A DNA stretch of 63,997 nt, filler included, from Basidiobolus ranarum (taxonomy: Eukaryota), in the NCBI GenBank assembly GCA_040143965.1. It is 6 parts of 6 records of this genome, joined end to end, with 100 filler letters (N's around TTAATTAATTAA, not from the genome) between each part and the next. Parts side by side here need not be neighbours in the genome. Positions count along the whole stretch, not along the records: positions 10,949 to 21,788 come from JASJQH010000662.1; positions 21,889 to 32,714 come from JASJQH010000663.1; 4 more parts are not named here. One strand, written 5' to 3'. The position numbers and the translations under genes were made by a program. The notes below the pieces were generated by a model, which saw only the letters and a program-made list of their open reading frames with translations, searched no databases and was not told the DNA's origin. How positions within the stretch are numbered: the first letter of the stretch is position 1; every line of letters begins with the position of its first letter. Shown here piece by piece: positions 11,245 through 23,453 of the stretch.

Positions 11245-12801
11245 TTAATTTTCCATATTGACCTTGGCAACATTTTCATGTCGAGGAACAAACTTAGCCT
11301 CATATGGGAGTGGACTGAAACTCTTAGTGAAGCGAACTGTATCTACATCGATGATATGACCAGGCTTATGGGGTTCGATATGGAAGGCCCAAAGCAGTCT
11401 AGAAATAACACAGAATAATTCTCGTTCGGCCAAGAAAATACCTGGGCATCCGCGACGACCAATGCCAAAGGCAAAATGATCCCGCTTATGAATATCTCCG
11501 ATGTGAGCAAGATTGGCTGCTGACTCTTCAACACCCAAGTAACGATCAGGGTTGAATTTCTTAGGATCCTTATGACGTTTGGGATCAAAGTCAATGGTAT
11601 AAGAGTTCAATAACATGATTGTCTTTTTGGGAATGAAGTAACCCTTGTAGACATCATCCTCGGAGGTAGCATGAGCGATTCCAAGGAAAGATTTGGGGCG
11701 ATAGCGCATGGTCTCTTTAATAACGGCACGAAGGTAAGGCATTTTACTCTCATCCTCGGGAAGTGGGACTCGATCACGTCCGACAACACGATCCATCTCT
11801 TCATGAATCTTCTCTTGAACATCAGGGTTATTAGCCATCAAAGCAGTGAACCACATAAGCATGATAGATGGTCCATCAGAACCAGCAATCATCATAGCTG
11901 CACATAAATTAACGATATCAAGCTCCTCCAAGTCATACTCCGATTGATTCTCTAGAATATGCTTTGCAAAGCAAGGAATAGCCACCCCTTGTTTAATTTC
12001 CTCTTTCAATTGGCTCAAAAACTTCAAAGCAAGTCCTTCACGACGATCACGTAAGGCTACGGCCTTCGCACGCAAACGGGTAGGTAACCACCTTAGGATT
12101 GGGAATAGATCAAGCATTCTAGATGCTTTATCAACCGAGGTTATCCCGAACATCTCATCATTGACGTATTTCAACTCCTCAATCACGGGGTCATTTACAT
12201 CTTTAACTCGGTATCCAAAGGACATGGTCAAAATTGTATTGAAGGAGAACCGTACCAAATCAGTGGCAGGGTCAAACGACCTAGCGCCTTCTTTTCCTTG
12301 TTCAAGTAAACTCTGGACCAAATCACGGGACTCCTTGTCGATAATCGGTTGATATGACTCAACGGCAAAAGGATGAAGGGTACTATGGACTAACTTACGG
12401 AGAAGACGCCAATAGTCACCATAAGGAGCCATAGTAATTGAACGACCTCCACGTGCGATGATCTCTGTAGCAAGATATCCTTGACTACGAGAGTTATAAT
12501 TACGGCCACGAACGATAAACAGATCTCTAGCGATTTCGATATCATTTACAATGACCATCAATTGGGAACCAACACGGACCGAGATTAAAGGGCCATACTT
12601 CTTGCTCCATTCCGTGAACGTCTCGTATGGCAAATTGCCAATATCCCGAAGACTCCCAATGATAGGCCAACCACGGGGGCCTGGCGGAAGAGGACCAGGA
12701 TAGCGGCGACTATTGTAGACTCCAAGGCCAATTAGAAACAGGCCAAGTAATACAACGGCAGTGTTATACTCCATGCTGTGTTGATGATTTAGGTATGGCA
12801 T
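11245..12801 (-). CDS. Cytochrome P450, intronless, with N-terminal membrane anchor
   Basis: TM anchor, PPGPRGWPIIG hinge, ETMR (ExxR), FNPDRY (PERF-like) and heme motif FGIGRRGCPG. The I-helix reads AGSDGPS. Confidence 0.95.
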   Translation of the reverse strand: MPYLNHQHSMEYNTAVVLLGLFLIGLGVYNSRRYPGPLPPGPRGWPIIGSLRDIGNLPYETFTEWSKKYGPLISVRVGSQLMVIVNDIEIARDLFIVRGRNYNSRSQGYLATEIIARGGRSITMAPYGDYWRLLRKLVHSTLHPFAVESYQPIIDKESRDLVQSLLEQGKEGARSFDPATDLVRFSFNTILTMSFGYRVKDVNDPVIEELKYVNDEMFGITSVDKASRMLDLFPILRWLPTRLRAKAVALRDRREGLALKFLSQLKEEIKQGVAIPCFAKHILENQSEYDLEELDIVNLCAAMMIAGSDGPSIMLMWFTALMANNPDVQEKIHEEMDRVVGRDRVPLPEDESKMPYLRAVIKETMRYRPKSFLGIAHATSEDDVYKGYFIPKKTIMLLNSYTIDFDPKRHKDPKKFNPDRYLGVEESAANLAHIGDIHKRDHFAFGIGRRGCPGIFLAERELFCVISRLLWAFHIEPHKPGHIIDVDTVRFTKSFSPLPYEAKFVPRHENVAKVNMEN

Positions 12802-13630
12802 TACTGCCGCTTTATATAATAAGCCGTTCAGGTACTTGTGTTGAAGCGAGTCCCTTCAACTAAGAGTTACACCACCTTTTATTTTCTGTCAGACAACCAT
12901 GAGAATAGAACGAATTCTCACTGGTGATAAAATATTACTGGAGTGGCAGACTGTTACCAGATTATTTCATCTACTTTCCACTAGTCAGGTTCAAGTAATA
13001 TGAAACTTCAAAAGCACATACTATTAGGCAAGTGCTGAGGATTAAACACCAAAAATAGTAATGATTGCTCATGCCGCATTCAAATGGAGAACTTACCCAA
13101 CCGGTATATAACGCTGCCATCGCTTAGGTAAATAACGCGATAAAATACCGTTGGGTATTAATGAGAATGGGATGGGAATTACCAAAATAAGTGCCGGCTA
13201 AATTAGTTACTCAAACTATTTCTCTTTATGTCATTTACCACCACACATGTATCAACGAACAAAAGGGTAGATAGTTATGTAGAAGATCTTCACTAGTTTT
13301 AGTCGAAAGATTCTCAGAACAGAAAGCAGTTAAATGGTTTCCCGTTTTGTTAAGGGTTACATGCGGTAGCACCACACACAATCATATATTCACAAAACTG
13401 TTGTATTTTCTGTTGCAATTATATTGTATTTCGGGGACAAAGTGTATTTGTGTTAACCTATTACATTACGGGTGTCGGATATTTGAGGATAGTTGCCTTG
13501 TTTTCATCAAGATGTTCTCATGCAAGATGGAGAGTAAACAACATAAAAGGCTCGCCTGGAGCATCTGGCAGAAGCAAGCCTTCCAATATAGCTGAATTCT
13601 CTGGAGCCTTACTTCTAGCTACACATCAAG

Positions 13631-16612
13631 ATGACTGTATCCTATCCCGAAGAATCCTCTTTCTATGGCCGTAGAAGCATCAAGAAAGTCACTGTAACTG
13701 AATGTCCGTTTCTTTGGTCTACTTTCAGTATTCACCACAGCACATGAACTAATCCGAGTATATTAACTTTACCTAGACACTTCGGCTGAGAAAGCAAACC
13801 GTATTGAAAACAGTAACTTGGTTCGTCTTGTAGAGGCATACCGTACCTTCGGTCATAAATGTGCTAAAATCGATCCTTTGGGAATGTGGGTCAGAGAGTA
13901 CGTATTACCTGGCAAAAATCGAACTGACAAGAGGATTTACTAAGCTATACTCTATTATAGGCGTAATGCAAACTTGGATCCCGAATTGTACGGATTAACC
14001 AACATGAAGGCGGTGTACAATGTTGAAGGTATGAATATAGAATCTGGGTTGGAACACTTCCAGAAAATACTCAACCTTATTTCTAGGAATTCTTCAACTC
14101 AACGGACTCAAGAAGGCAACGCTTTCTCAGATTATCGATCACTTGGAGAAGACATATTGTGGTCATCTGGCATTTGAATTCATGCACATTGCGGTAAGAG
14201 AAAACATATCTACTGAGAATAGTTAAGAGGACTAAGCATTCCATTTAGGACGATAACCTACGCAGATGGTTCGCCGATAAAGCTGAATCCTATCTTAGCA
14301 CCAGCTTCACTCAACAGGAGAAAAATCAATTCCTCGAGCTTATGACCAAATCGGAGACATTTGATCACTTTATGTTACGCGAGTGTGGTCGTCTGAAGCA
14401 ATTTAGCATAGAAGGTACCGAGAGCGCCCTGATCGCTCTCCAACAGGTATTGGAGCACGCTAGTAAATGTGGAGTATTGGAAGTGGTGATGTGTCTAACT
14501 CATCGTTGCCGTATGCAAGTAATGATGGAGATATTGGGTGTTCCACAAGATTATTTATTCAGAAAATTCCAGGGACTCTCAGAATTCCCTGATGATATTC
14601 CTTCTCATATCATTGGAGATCTTGTATACAATGCCCAGACATCTATTGATCTGAATCTGGGTGGAATTAATCCATTGCACGTCTCAGTGGTTCCCAACCC
14701 ATGCCATCTCGAACTTGTCAACCCGGTTGCTCTAGGTAAAGTTCGTGCTAAGCAAACGGATTATCTCCCTCGTGAAACTGAGGATTACAAAGTGGAGGAT
14801 ATGGTAATGAGCGTCCAGATGCACGGTGATGGAGCTTTTACTGGACAAGGTGTCGTAACTGAAACCCTTGGCCTTACCAACCTACCACACTTCACCACTG
14901 GTGGTACTGTCCACATTGTCTTGAACAATCAAATTGGTGTCTCCACCGATCCTATTAATGGACGCTCCACCATGTACTCGTCTGACATCGGCAAGATGGT
15001 TGAAACTCCCGCCATCCATGTTAATGGCGATTACCCTGAACTGGCTGCCATTGCTGGCCGAATTGCCGTAGACTATCGTAAGACATTTGGAAAAGATATC
15101 ATCATCGACATGGTCACTTATCGTCGTCGCGGTCATAACGAAACCGAGGACCCTTACTATACTCAGCCATTGATGTACAAGGAGATTGAAACTCATAACG
15201 GTGTACCAGATCTCTACTCGAAGCAACTCCTTAACGAAAAAGTTATCGAATCCACTGACTTAGTCCAAACCATCAAGGAATCCCATAACAGCTACTTACA
15301 AGAGTGCTTCAAAAATGCACCCAAATTTAAGGTTGAACCATCCCATTTACTTGGAAAATGGTCATCTATGGTCATTCCAGATGAAACTGTTAGTAAGATG
15401 GATACTGGTGTTGACCTTGAAATCCTTCGTAAAGTTGGGTTACAATCGGTTACCGTTCCTGAGACTGTTGAGGTTAACGCAAAGGTAATGGAGCTGAATA
15501 TTCAGCCTCGCTTAAAGCAGGTAAATGAAGAGAAGGGTATTGGTTATCCTGGCGCAGAAGCCATGGCCCTCGGCTCATTGTTATTGGAAGGTTATGATAC
15601 TCGTATTTGTGGACAGGATGTCTCTCGTGGTGTCTGCATTCCCCGACACACCATGATCACATGCCAACAGACCAATACCAAGCATACTCCATTGAATAAG
15701 CTATCTGACAATCAAGGCAGATTAGAGCTAGTGGACAGCCCTCTTGGAGAATTGGCTGTAATGAGCTTTGAATACGGTGTGTCCCTGGAGACTCCCAATC
15801 GTTTGTGCATATGGGAAGCTCAACTTGGTGACTTTTATAATGGAGCTCAAGAAGTTATTGATGGGTTCATCTCTGGTGGTGAAGAGAAATGGCTTAGACA
15901 ATCTGGTCTTGTCCTGGTTTTACCTCACGGATACGATGGTGCAGGCCCTGAACATACATCCTGCCGTATAGAGCGCTTCCTTCAAATGTCTAGTGATCGA
16001 TTTGATGTGACTAATCCAGAAATCTATAACAATGTCAACTGGCACGTGGTTAATTGCTCAACACCCGCTCAATACTTCCACGTCTTACGTCGTCAAATGA
16101 AGCGCAATTTCCGCAAACCTCTCATTGTGGCTGGACCCAAGAAATTGATTCGCCTTCCTAACGCTGTCTCTAGCTTGGAAGATATGGGCCCCGGCACCTC
16201 GTTCCAGCCTGTAATTTCTGATGAAGATGCCGAAATCCCCTCAGTTAAGAGAGTCATTTTCGTCTCCGGAAAGCTGTACTACGAATTGCTTGAACAGCGA
16301 GAGAAGAGGGGATTGATCCATCAAATTGCTCTAGTCAGAGTGGAAGAATTTTCACCATTCCCTAAGGTTGATTTAGAGGTGGAGATTCGTAAATATGTCA
16401 ACGCTACCGAATTCGTTTGGTGTCAAGAAGAAACACAGAATGGTGGCGCTTGGTTCCATATGGAGCCAAGATTCAACCAAATCTTACCTGAAGGACAAAG
16501 AATCAAGTATATTGGTAGAGCTACTTGTGCTGCACCTGCTAACGGTATTTACATGATGCATATTCGCGAACAAAACCAAATTCATGATGATGCTTTCACT
16601 ATTTCACAATAA
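13631..16612 (+). CDS. Divergent ThDP-dependent 2-oxoacid dehydrogenase E1 paralogue (OGDH/DHTKD1 family), with several short 5' exons
   Basis: 5' exons encode MTVSYPEESSFYGRR.../...NSNLVRLVEAYRTFGHKCAKIDPLG. The main ORF 14342-16612 has PNPCHLELVNPV, HGDGAFTGQG...NNQIG (ThDP motif), GHNE, WEAQLGDF, LPHGYDGAGPEH and QEETQNGGAW. The start at 13631 is inferred from an upstream in-frame TAG. Confidence 0.88.
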
Positions 16613-17094
16613 TCATTCGCTAAACTTTGTTCAATCCTTGTTACGGTTAATTCCCTTCTCTTTACTTATCTGTTCAATAAACGTAATTATCCCACTTAAT
16701 CTTCACCGTCTTGGTTTATTGGAATATCTTTAGTGTGATCGTTCTATCAAATTTCTAAATATTTATTTGCACCAACATGTACTTGAGGAGGCAGTAAAGG
16801 AAGAGGAAAGAGAGAGAAATCAATAACCTTTTAACACAATATATTTACTATTAATTGTGTTAGAATATGAAGAAGGCCCGAGCAGTATGTCACATAGCTT
16901 CTAATTCATTTGAGTAATTTTATATGAAGCAGTTTTTTTGTAAAGAAATTGAGAAGTTCTTATGACAAAATATGGCAAAAATACACGAAGGAAGGGAAGT
17001 CTATTTATACCTCTATTTAACCAGGAATGGTTCGACAGAATCTGAATTTATCAACAACTGTATTTAATATTACGAGGTTCGGTATTTATTCTAG

Positions 17095-17862
17095 CTACAG
17101 TTTACGCCTTTTACGTTGTTGGTTTTCCTCAGCAGTTTGATGATTATTTGGTATACGCTTTAATGAACTATCTGAAGTAGGCGTAACAAACCAGCTCCGT
17201 AGCCTTCGAACTAGAGAAGTCTTTTTCCGACCATTGGTATCTTTCTCACAAGAACCAGCAGCATATAAAAAGTCGAAGCAGTGAGTTTTTGTTTGTTCAA
17301 CGCTATTTACATTCTCTTCGGCAATGGTGGTATTTCTGGTTTTTTCTCGAGAGGTGAGTCCACTCTCCCACGTCTCAGGAATTTGAGAAGGTGCACACTT
17401 TGTAGAATCTCGAGAGGTTCTACGAGTAACGATTTTATGTTGTAGAGGTTTAGTGATAATAGCTGGGGCGATAGATTCGTTTTCATTGAAGTTGGGTAAG
17501 AATACGGAATTGTTGTGATATGGAAAACATTTTGGTGGTGGAGGGGCTTTACAATACCAGACGAAGTCAACTTCCTCTTTTTTACTTTTTCCTTTTGTAT
17601 ATCGCTTTGTTTCAGAAATATGACTGAGTTCACTTTCAAGTACCGGCGAGAAAGTCGTTGTCGAAGGTGGGAATAACGTGTCAACACGGTTAAGTTTATT
17701 TGAAGAGGTCCCACAAATCTCTTCTGCATGATCAGTCGACTTTTTAGAAGTAGTATTATAACTCCAAGAAGAGTGACAAGAGAAAGTGTCACTGACTGAA
17801 CGATATTTACGGGAGGAAAGGGTCGAGTATCCGGAGTCGGAGAGGGTAGAATCCTCGTTCAT
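17095..17862 (-). CDS. Hypothetical Ser/Thr-rich, probably disordered protein with basic C-terminus (RKRRKL, NLS-like)
   Basis: 255-aa ATG-initiated ORF in AT-rich DNA; no recognisable domain. Confidence 0.55.
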   Translation of the reverse strand: MNEDSTLSDSGYSTLSSRKYRSVSDTFSCHSSWSYNTTSKKSTDHAEEICGTSSNKLNRVDTLFPPSTTTFSPVLESELSHISETKRYTKGKSKKEEVDFVWYCKAPPPPKCFPYHNNSVFLPNFNENESIAPAIITKPLQHKIVTRRTSRDSTKCAPSQIPETWESGLTSREKTRNTTIAEENVNSVEQTKTHCFDFLYAAGSCEKDTNGRKKTSLVRRLRSWFVTPTSDSSLKRIPNNHQTAEENQQRKRRKL

Positions 17863-18902
17863 GCTTTTATAAGAGAATCGATATTCAAGTAGAAAAATTC
17901 CTTTATATCGGAAAGAAGTTTATATCTGTCCAGTTGTATTCAGGTGAGGTGGTTTTGTTTAACCTTTCAAAGTAGAAGATAAAAGTTGGCTTTAAAAAGG
18001 TTGAGAACCGAATGAACTCGCAAAGAAAAGTCGGTTTAGTTTAAGAAGAACATGAGCTCAAGTCTCGAAAAAGTACTAGACTTTTCTTTGGAAGCTTCAA
18101 ACGGTTTAAAATCAAATAAGTTTCTAACGTTGGTCTCAAAAGTAATAATTCCAAGCCAAAGACCTAGAAATATGTAAGGAAAAGAGTTGACCACTAAATA
18201 AAATGTAGCAGAATTTTTTTCAAATTAACTCGAATTCAAACCCGAAGCAAAGGAAGGCAAAACATGCACCAAACGGTGTCACTAGGTTATCAAAATACTC
18301 GGGGTGGGGTGCATCATTTTCTTAATTACAAATGTTGTATAAAAATGGGCATACAATTATGAAGCCATTGAGATATCTTCCGATCAATCATTCAACTCGA
18401 ACCAACTAGGTCAAAGGTAGATCATCCAATATAAAAGTAAACAAACGAGTCAATGTTTGATCATTAAAGCGCATTTAGGCTTCCTCAGTATTATATCCCA
18501 AGCCGAGTTTGTTGCGGTAATATGTTTATCAGAGCAAAGATGAGACGTATTAAGCATATTGTGAGTAGCCAACACCAAACTCAAGATGCGCTTAGGGTTA
18601 GTGCTTGCTTAAGGTTAGTGCTTACTCATGTACCATATACTGAAATTGTTGGAGATTTACCGACATGCACTTGTGTTAATTCCTACCAACAGTGCACCAG
18701 CCTATTCATGTTTCATTGGCTATTTACCAAGATGTAAAGATGGTGTAGCGAATAACGCGAAAAGTATTAGATTTAAATTGGATTACAATTCAATCCCTCA
18801 ATGAGAGTTGGGCCAATTATATTGAATTAGTTTACAATGAAAATCAAATAATACAATATTACACTTGTCACATAGTAGCGAAGGGACGCAACTAATACAA
18901 GT

Positions 18903-21303
18903 ATGGAGGTGTTAAGAGGGACTTTAGATAGTCAACTGCCACTAATCGAAAAGGCTATCGAGGAAGCTAGCTTTATTTCCTTCGACGCCGAATTTTCAGG
19001 TACGTAAATTACCTGTACAAACACCTAGCTTCATGTAATTCAAAGCAATAGATTTCATTAAATACCTTGAACAGTGCCAGCTTCCACATAGATTTACACG
19101 TACTAATACATTATAGAAATTGTTTGATCTTTAGGCTTACATAGTAATTCCTCATTACGTAGTCATCCTTTGGATGATCTTCAAACACGTTATGAAAAAT
19201 ATCGTAAGAATGCCCAAGAATTCTTGGTCGTGCAGTTTGGCTTGACTTGCTTCAAATGGAACGGCTTAGAAGATGAAGAATCTTTCCAGGCCAAACCGTT
19301 CAATTTTTACGTTTTCCCAACTACAACTACTGGTAGAGCGCAGCTTGATCGCGTTTTTGTATCTCAGAGTTCGGGCTTAGATTTCCTTGCAAAACACGGC
19401 TTCGATTTCAACAAGTGGGTGTACCAAGGTGACTGGAAAAACCTTAGCAGAGATATTCATTTCCTTTAAAAGCCATATATATATGCTAAGTCATGTTCTG
19501 TCTAGGTATACCCTACATGACTGTCCAAGAAGAAAAGGTATATGTTGAGAAAAAGATGCGTGAACTCAATGGAAACATGCCTGATGTACAAGTGGATGAA
19601 AATTGTCAAGCATTTGTAAACGAGCTTTGGTAAAGCGAACTTTATTATGTTGTTCTAATTGACAAAGGTTTAATATTTCTTTGAATTGACTCTTATCTAG
19701 TCAAAACGTTGATGAGTGGCTGACTTCAGGACAGGACAATTATCTTAATATCGATGTCAGCAATGGTTACAGACGTCGTTTGGTTTATCAGGAGGTTCGA
19801 AACCGGTAGCGCATTATTTGCTCTCTTGCTTCACAAATGGCCTCCGATTAACCTTCATCTGATCTTTTAGTTATGGCCCTGAATTAGTCGCTGAAGGCCG
19901 CCAAGGGTTCATCAAGATCAGCAAAACTTCAAACGAAAGTCGGACCAAGCTTAAAGAAGAGAAAGTCAAACTATTTGAGGTACGCTTTACTTGCATCAGC
20001 CACATGTGATGCTCTGTCTAAGTTTTTGACTTTCTAGCATGATGTTCAAAGGGCAATTGGATTTCGTAAAATTATCGATTTGATCTGTAAATCCAAGAAG
20101 CCTATTGTGGGCCATAACATGTTTTTGGACTTATGTATGATATATGAGCAATTCTTTGAGCCATTACCTGAGCGATTTGAAGACTTCCAGAAGAAAATTC
20201 ACGAAGTGTTCCCCAGGTAATTTCCACCAAATTACCCAACGAAATAATCGGAAATATGTGAATCTTATATCTTTATATTTAGTTTGTACGATACCAAGCA
20301 CTTAGCATCACGTATCCTTGGGTTGGAAGTAGGCTTCATTTCATTCGTTTCCAACCTGACCTGTTTGAATAACCACTTCCGTTTGTAGACTTCTTTTGGG
20401 GATTCCAGTCTTAGTGAGCTTATTTCGCGTGTTAAAGGGCCTGCCTTTACTTCACCCAATATTCGTAAGTTGATTTCAACTTCGAAAAATATACGAACAT
20501 GCCTAATTGCTTAATCGTAGAGATACATTATGAGCACCCGCGCTATTGGTCCGATTCTTATTTCCATGAAGCTGGCTATGATGCATATTGTACCGGCTTC
20601 GTATTTCTCAAATTGTGCGGGTATCTTGGTTAGTTATTGAGTTGTTTGACTCATATTGTATATGCTTTACTTAATAACCACACTATATATAGTAAGCAAA
20701 AACCCAAACTATGCATCAAAGATAGAAGAAAAAAAGTCAAAATTAGAGTCTAATGCGGAACACGTTTATGACTACGAAGATCTCCCACCTGTAGATGATA
20801 GAAACTGGGATTATGCCGCTGGTTGTAACATAGCACCTGGCAAATGCTCTTCTCCCCCTTTCGAAATCTTCCAGATTCCAGATATAGTCAAAGAAGAGAA
20901 TAGACTCCACCTAGTCAAATCAGACATTGATTCCTTTAGCTTAGAAGAACCTAACCGTAAGATACTCTTCTGAATGGAATATTTACAGTCCAACCAAATG
21001 ACCTAGATTGACCTTATCTCTTTTGTGAATATAGCCATGTGCCTTGAAAAACCCCACGTGTTCTATGTGAAAATAGCGAAACCTATTCCTGACAACTTTT
21101 CGCCTAAACTTCTCACACAGCAATTGTACAAGCCATACGGAAATGTTTTCGTTTATTCACTCCAAGAAAACCAGTACTTTCTAACATTCAAGAATGTGGT
21201 TGGCCTGGAGGAAGTTCAAAAGATACTCAATGATACATCTGGTCTGAAAGTAGAAATGTTAAGCTACAGAAACTATGTAGAAAATAAAGCTGACCTACTT
21301 TAA
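18903..21303 (+). CDS. PARN: Poly(A)-specific ribonuclease PARN-like (CAF1/DEDD family with R3H-like region), multi-exon
   Basis: Exon 1 MEVLRGTLDSQLPLIEKAIEEASFISFDAEFSG; VQFGLTCF; FNFYVFP; LDFLAKHGFDFNKWVYQG; KPIVGHNMFLD; LYDTK; HEAGYDAYCTG. Exons are separated by short GT-AG introns. Confidence 0.88.
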
Positions 21304-21664
21304 AAAGAAATTTTGAATTGTGTTGCTCACCTGATCGCTTACTTCCTTATCACTCGATAATATTAGGAGTTGATGATATCTGAGTAATACAATGCAACAT
21401 TGTTGTACGATCTTGGTGTGTGCATTAGAGTCATAGCTAATTTAACCTCAGTTGGGATTTTCCCTGTTGTGCGCATCCTCTAGTGCCATTAAATTCTAAA
21501 TCTTACTCAACAATATAACGTGAAATATTTTTCTCCTGGGATGAGAAATTTAAACATCTCGAACCTATCATATTTAATTCTAAGGAACTTGTAAAAGCTA
21601 CGAGATATATCGTTGATTTTTATTATAAGGTTATTCTATTTAAAGAATCAGATTAAAGGTTAAT

Positions 21665-21788
21665 TTACAAGTTGTTGACGTTACCGAGGGATTCACAAGC
21701 TTGTTGGACACGCTTGATCATAGTCTTCTCGGCTTCACGAATGAAGACACGTGGGTCGTAGTACTTCTTGTTGGGCTTGTCGGCACCC
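21665..21788 (-). CDS. FBA1: Class II fructose-bisphosphate aldolase, 3' end only (truncated by contig edge)
   Basis: Translates GADKPNKKYYDPRVFIREAEKTMIKRVQQACESLGNVNNL*, the typical FBA class II C-terminus; too short for the ORF track. Confidence 0.9.
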
Positions 21789-21888
21789 NNNNNNNNNNNN
21801 NNNNNNNNNNNNNNNNNNNNNNNNNNNNNNNNTTAATTAATTAANNNNNNNNNNNNNNNNNNNNNNNNNNNNNNNNNNNNNNNNNNNN
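21789..21888. other. Artificial contig-joining spacer
   Basis: N44-TTAATTAATTAA-N44. Confidence 0.98.
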
Positions 21889-22239
21889 ATATTCCTATTT
21901 AGAATATAGGGGCTATAGATACGTTGCTTTCTGTTTCTGATATATGTATCATAACTAAAGTTAACTATGATGTTGAATAAAGATTAATTATCCAACAGTC
22001 TGTGAAATATATATTTTAAGAACAGATTTTCAGTTCTTGGTTCTAGAGCCATTACTTGCCTCAGAAACATGTGTGGCAGGCTACTCAGAATTGTAACTAT
22101 GATATCTGATCAGTAATAGGTACTTCAATGCATTCCATTTCATCTATTAAAATAATGACTCTATTAATTAATGATTTAATATCTTCTCCAGGCTTCATCT
22201 TTCTGTTCAAGAATTGTCTTCTTGGGAACATCTTGTTGG

Positions 22240-22797
22240 TGTTGAAACTAGCATTGCTAAGACACCTATATAGTCATATATAGCTTAGTACTTAGTTATC
22301 TTATATTTCACTCAGATATTCCCCATTATTTTCAGTTGGATTTTATTCAGAATATTTTTACCAACTTAGAAGTTCTCAGATATACAGATTTTTTAAACTT
22401 GTGCTAGAAGTCTGACACATTGCACACATGTTTCTGGGACCTTTGTTAGCACATTCTACACATTAGCTTGCTTACATCTTGACAAAACTATAAAGGTCAA
22501 CTTTCTACTCAATAAATCAATGAGTGTAAATCACCAATTTCTCTTATTCTCCAAACCACTTCCTACAAACTAGCAATTGTAATGTGTTTATCACGTTTCC
22601 AGAAACATATGTGCAAATTTTGGGACTTTAAGTACAAGTTTGAAAAATCTATATATATTTGAGAACTTCTAAGTTAGTGTCAATGTTTTAAGTAAGTTCT
22701 GATATTAAATAATGGGTAATATCTTAGTGTATATAAGATGACTAAGTACTAAGCTATATATGACTATATAGGTGCTTAGGCAATGCTAATTTCAACA
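22240..22797. mobile_element. Non-autonomous foldback/MITE-like element with ~200-bp terminal inverted repeats
   Basis: Left end tgttgaaactagcattgctaagacacctatatagtcatatatagcttagtacttag; right end ctaagtactaagctatatatgactatataggtgcttaggcaatgctaatttcaaca. No ORF; arms recur on three other contigs. Confidence 0.85.
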
Positions 22798-23453
22798 ATT
22801 CTCAGTGGCAAGACCAGTACAAGTGAGTCCATCCATAGTACTCATGGGGTGCTGATTTGAAGTCAAATGTTTATACATATGTTGATGAAGGTGGAAATAA
22901 CAATATGCACATGTTGCTATACCTTTTGGAAGATATGGTGTAAATAAAAAACAGAGCATTGGCAATCTATAATATTCTTTATGTAGTAGCTATAGCAGGA
23001 ATGTGCGATTGGATGAGTATAATGACTGGATTATATTATTAGTAATCAATCATGTATGATTGCAAGAAATTACTAGTTCATGGTGATTGTCTGTGCAACA
23101 ATATAATGTTTGTCATGCCTTGTCATCGGATATCAGTTGTTGAACATCATCTGTCATAAATAACAAATTCGTTAGGCAAAAGTGTTACGAGGTCTGATTC
23201 TACGGTATAACATTTATGGTATTGTGTTCAATGACTCAAGTTATGGTTGTACTAAAAGTTTAAAGTGTATTTTTTTCCCTTCTCTCGGAGCCATAGCTAA
23301 ATATAGTTTCAATAGATTTAAATCAGGTTTTTTGCCCAAGTAACAAACAGGCGAAGATAGGCTAATTTGTGACTGTAACCTCTTCTGCTTCAGAACTCTC
23401 TTTCCCTCCTCTCTTAGTTTACTCACTAAAAAGTAGTATTTCATTCCTTCATA

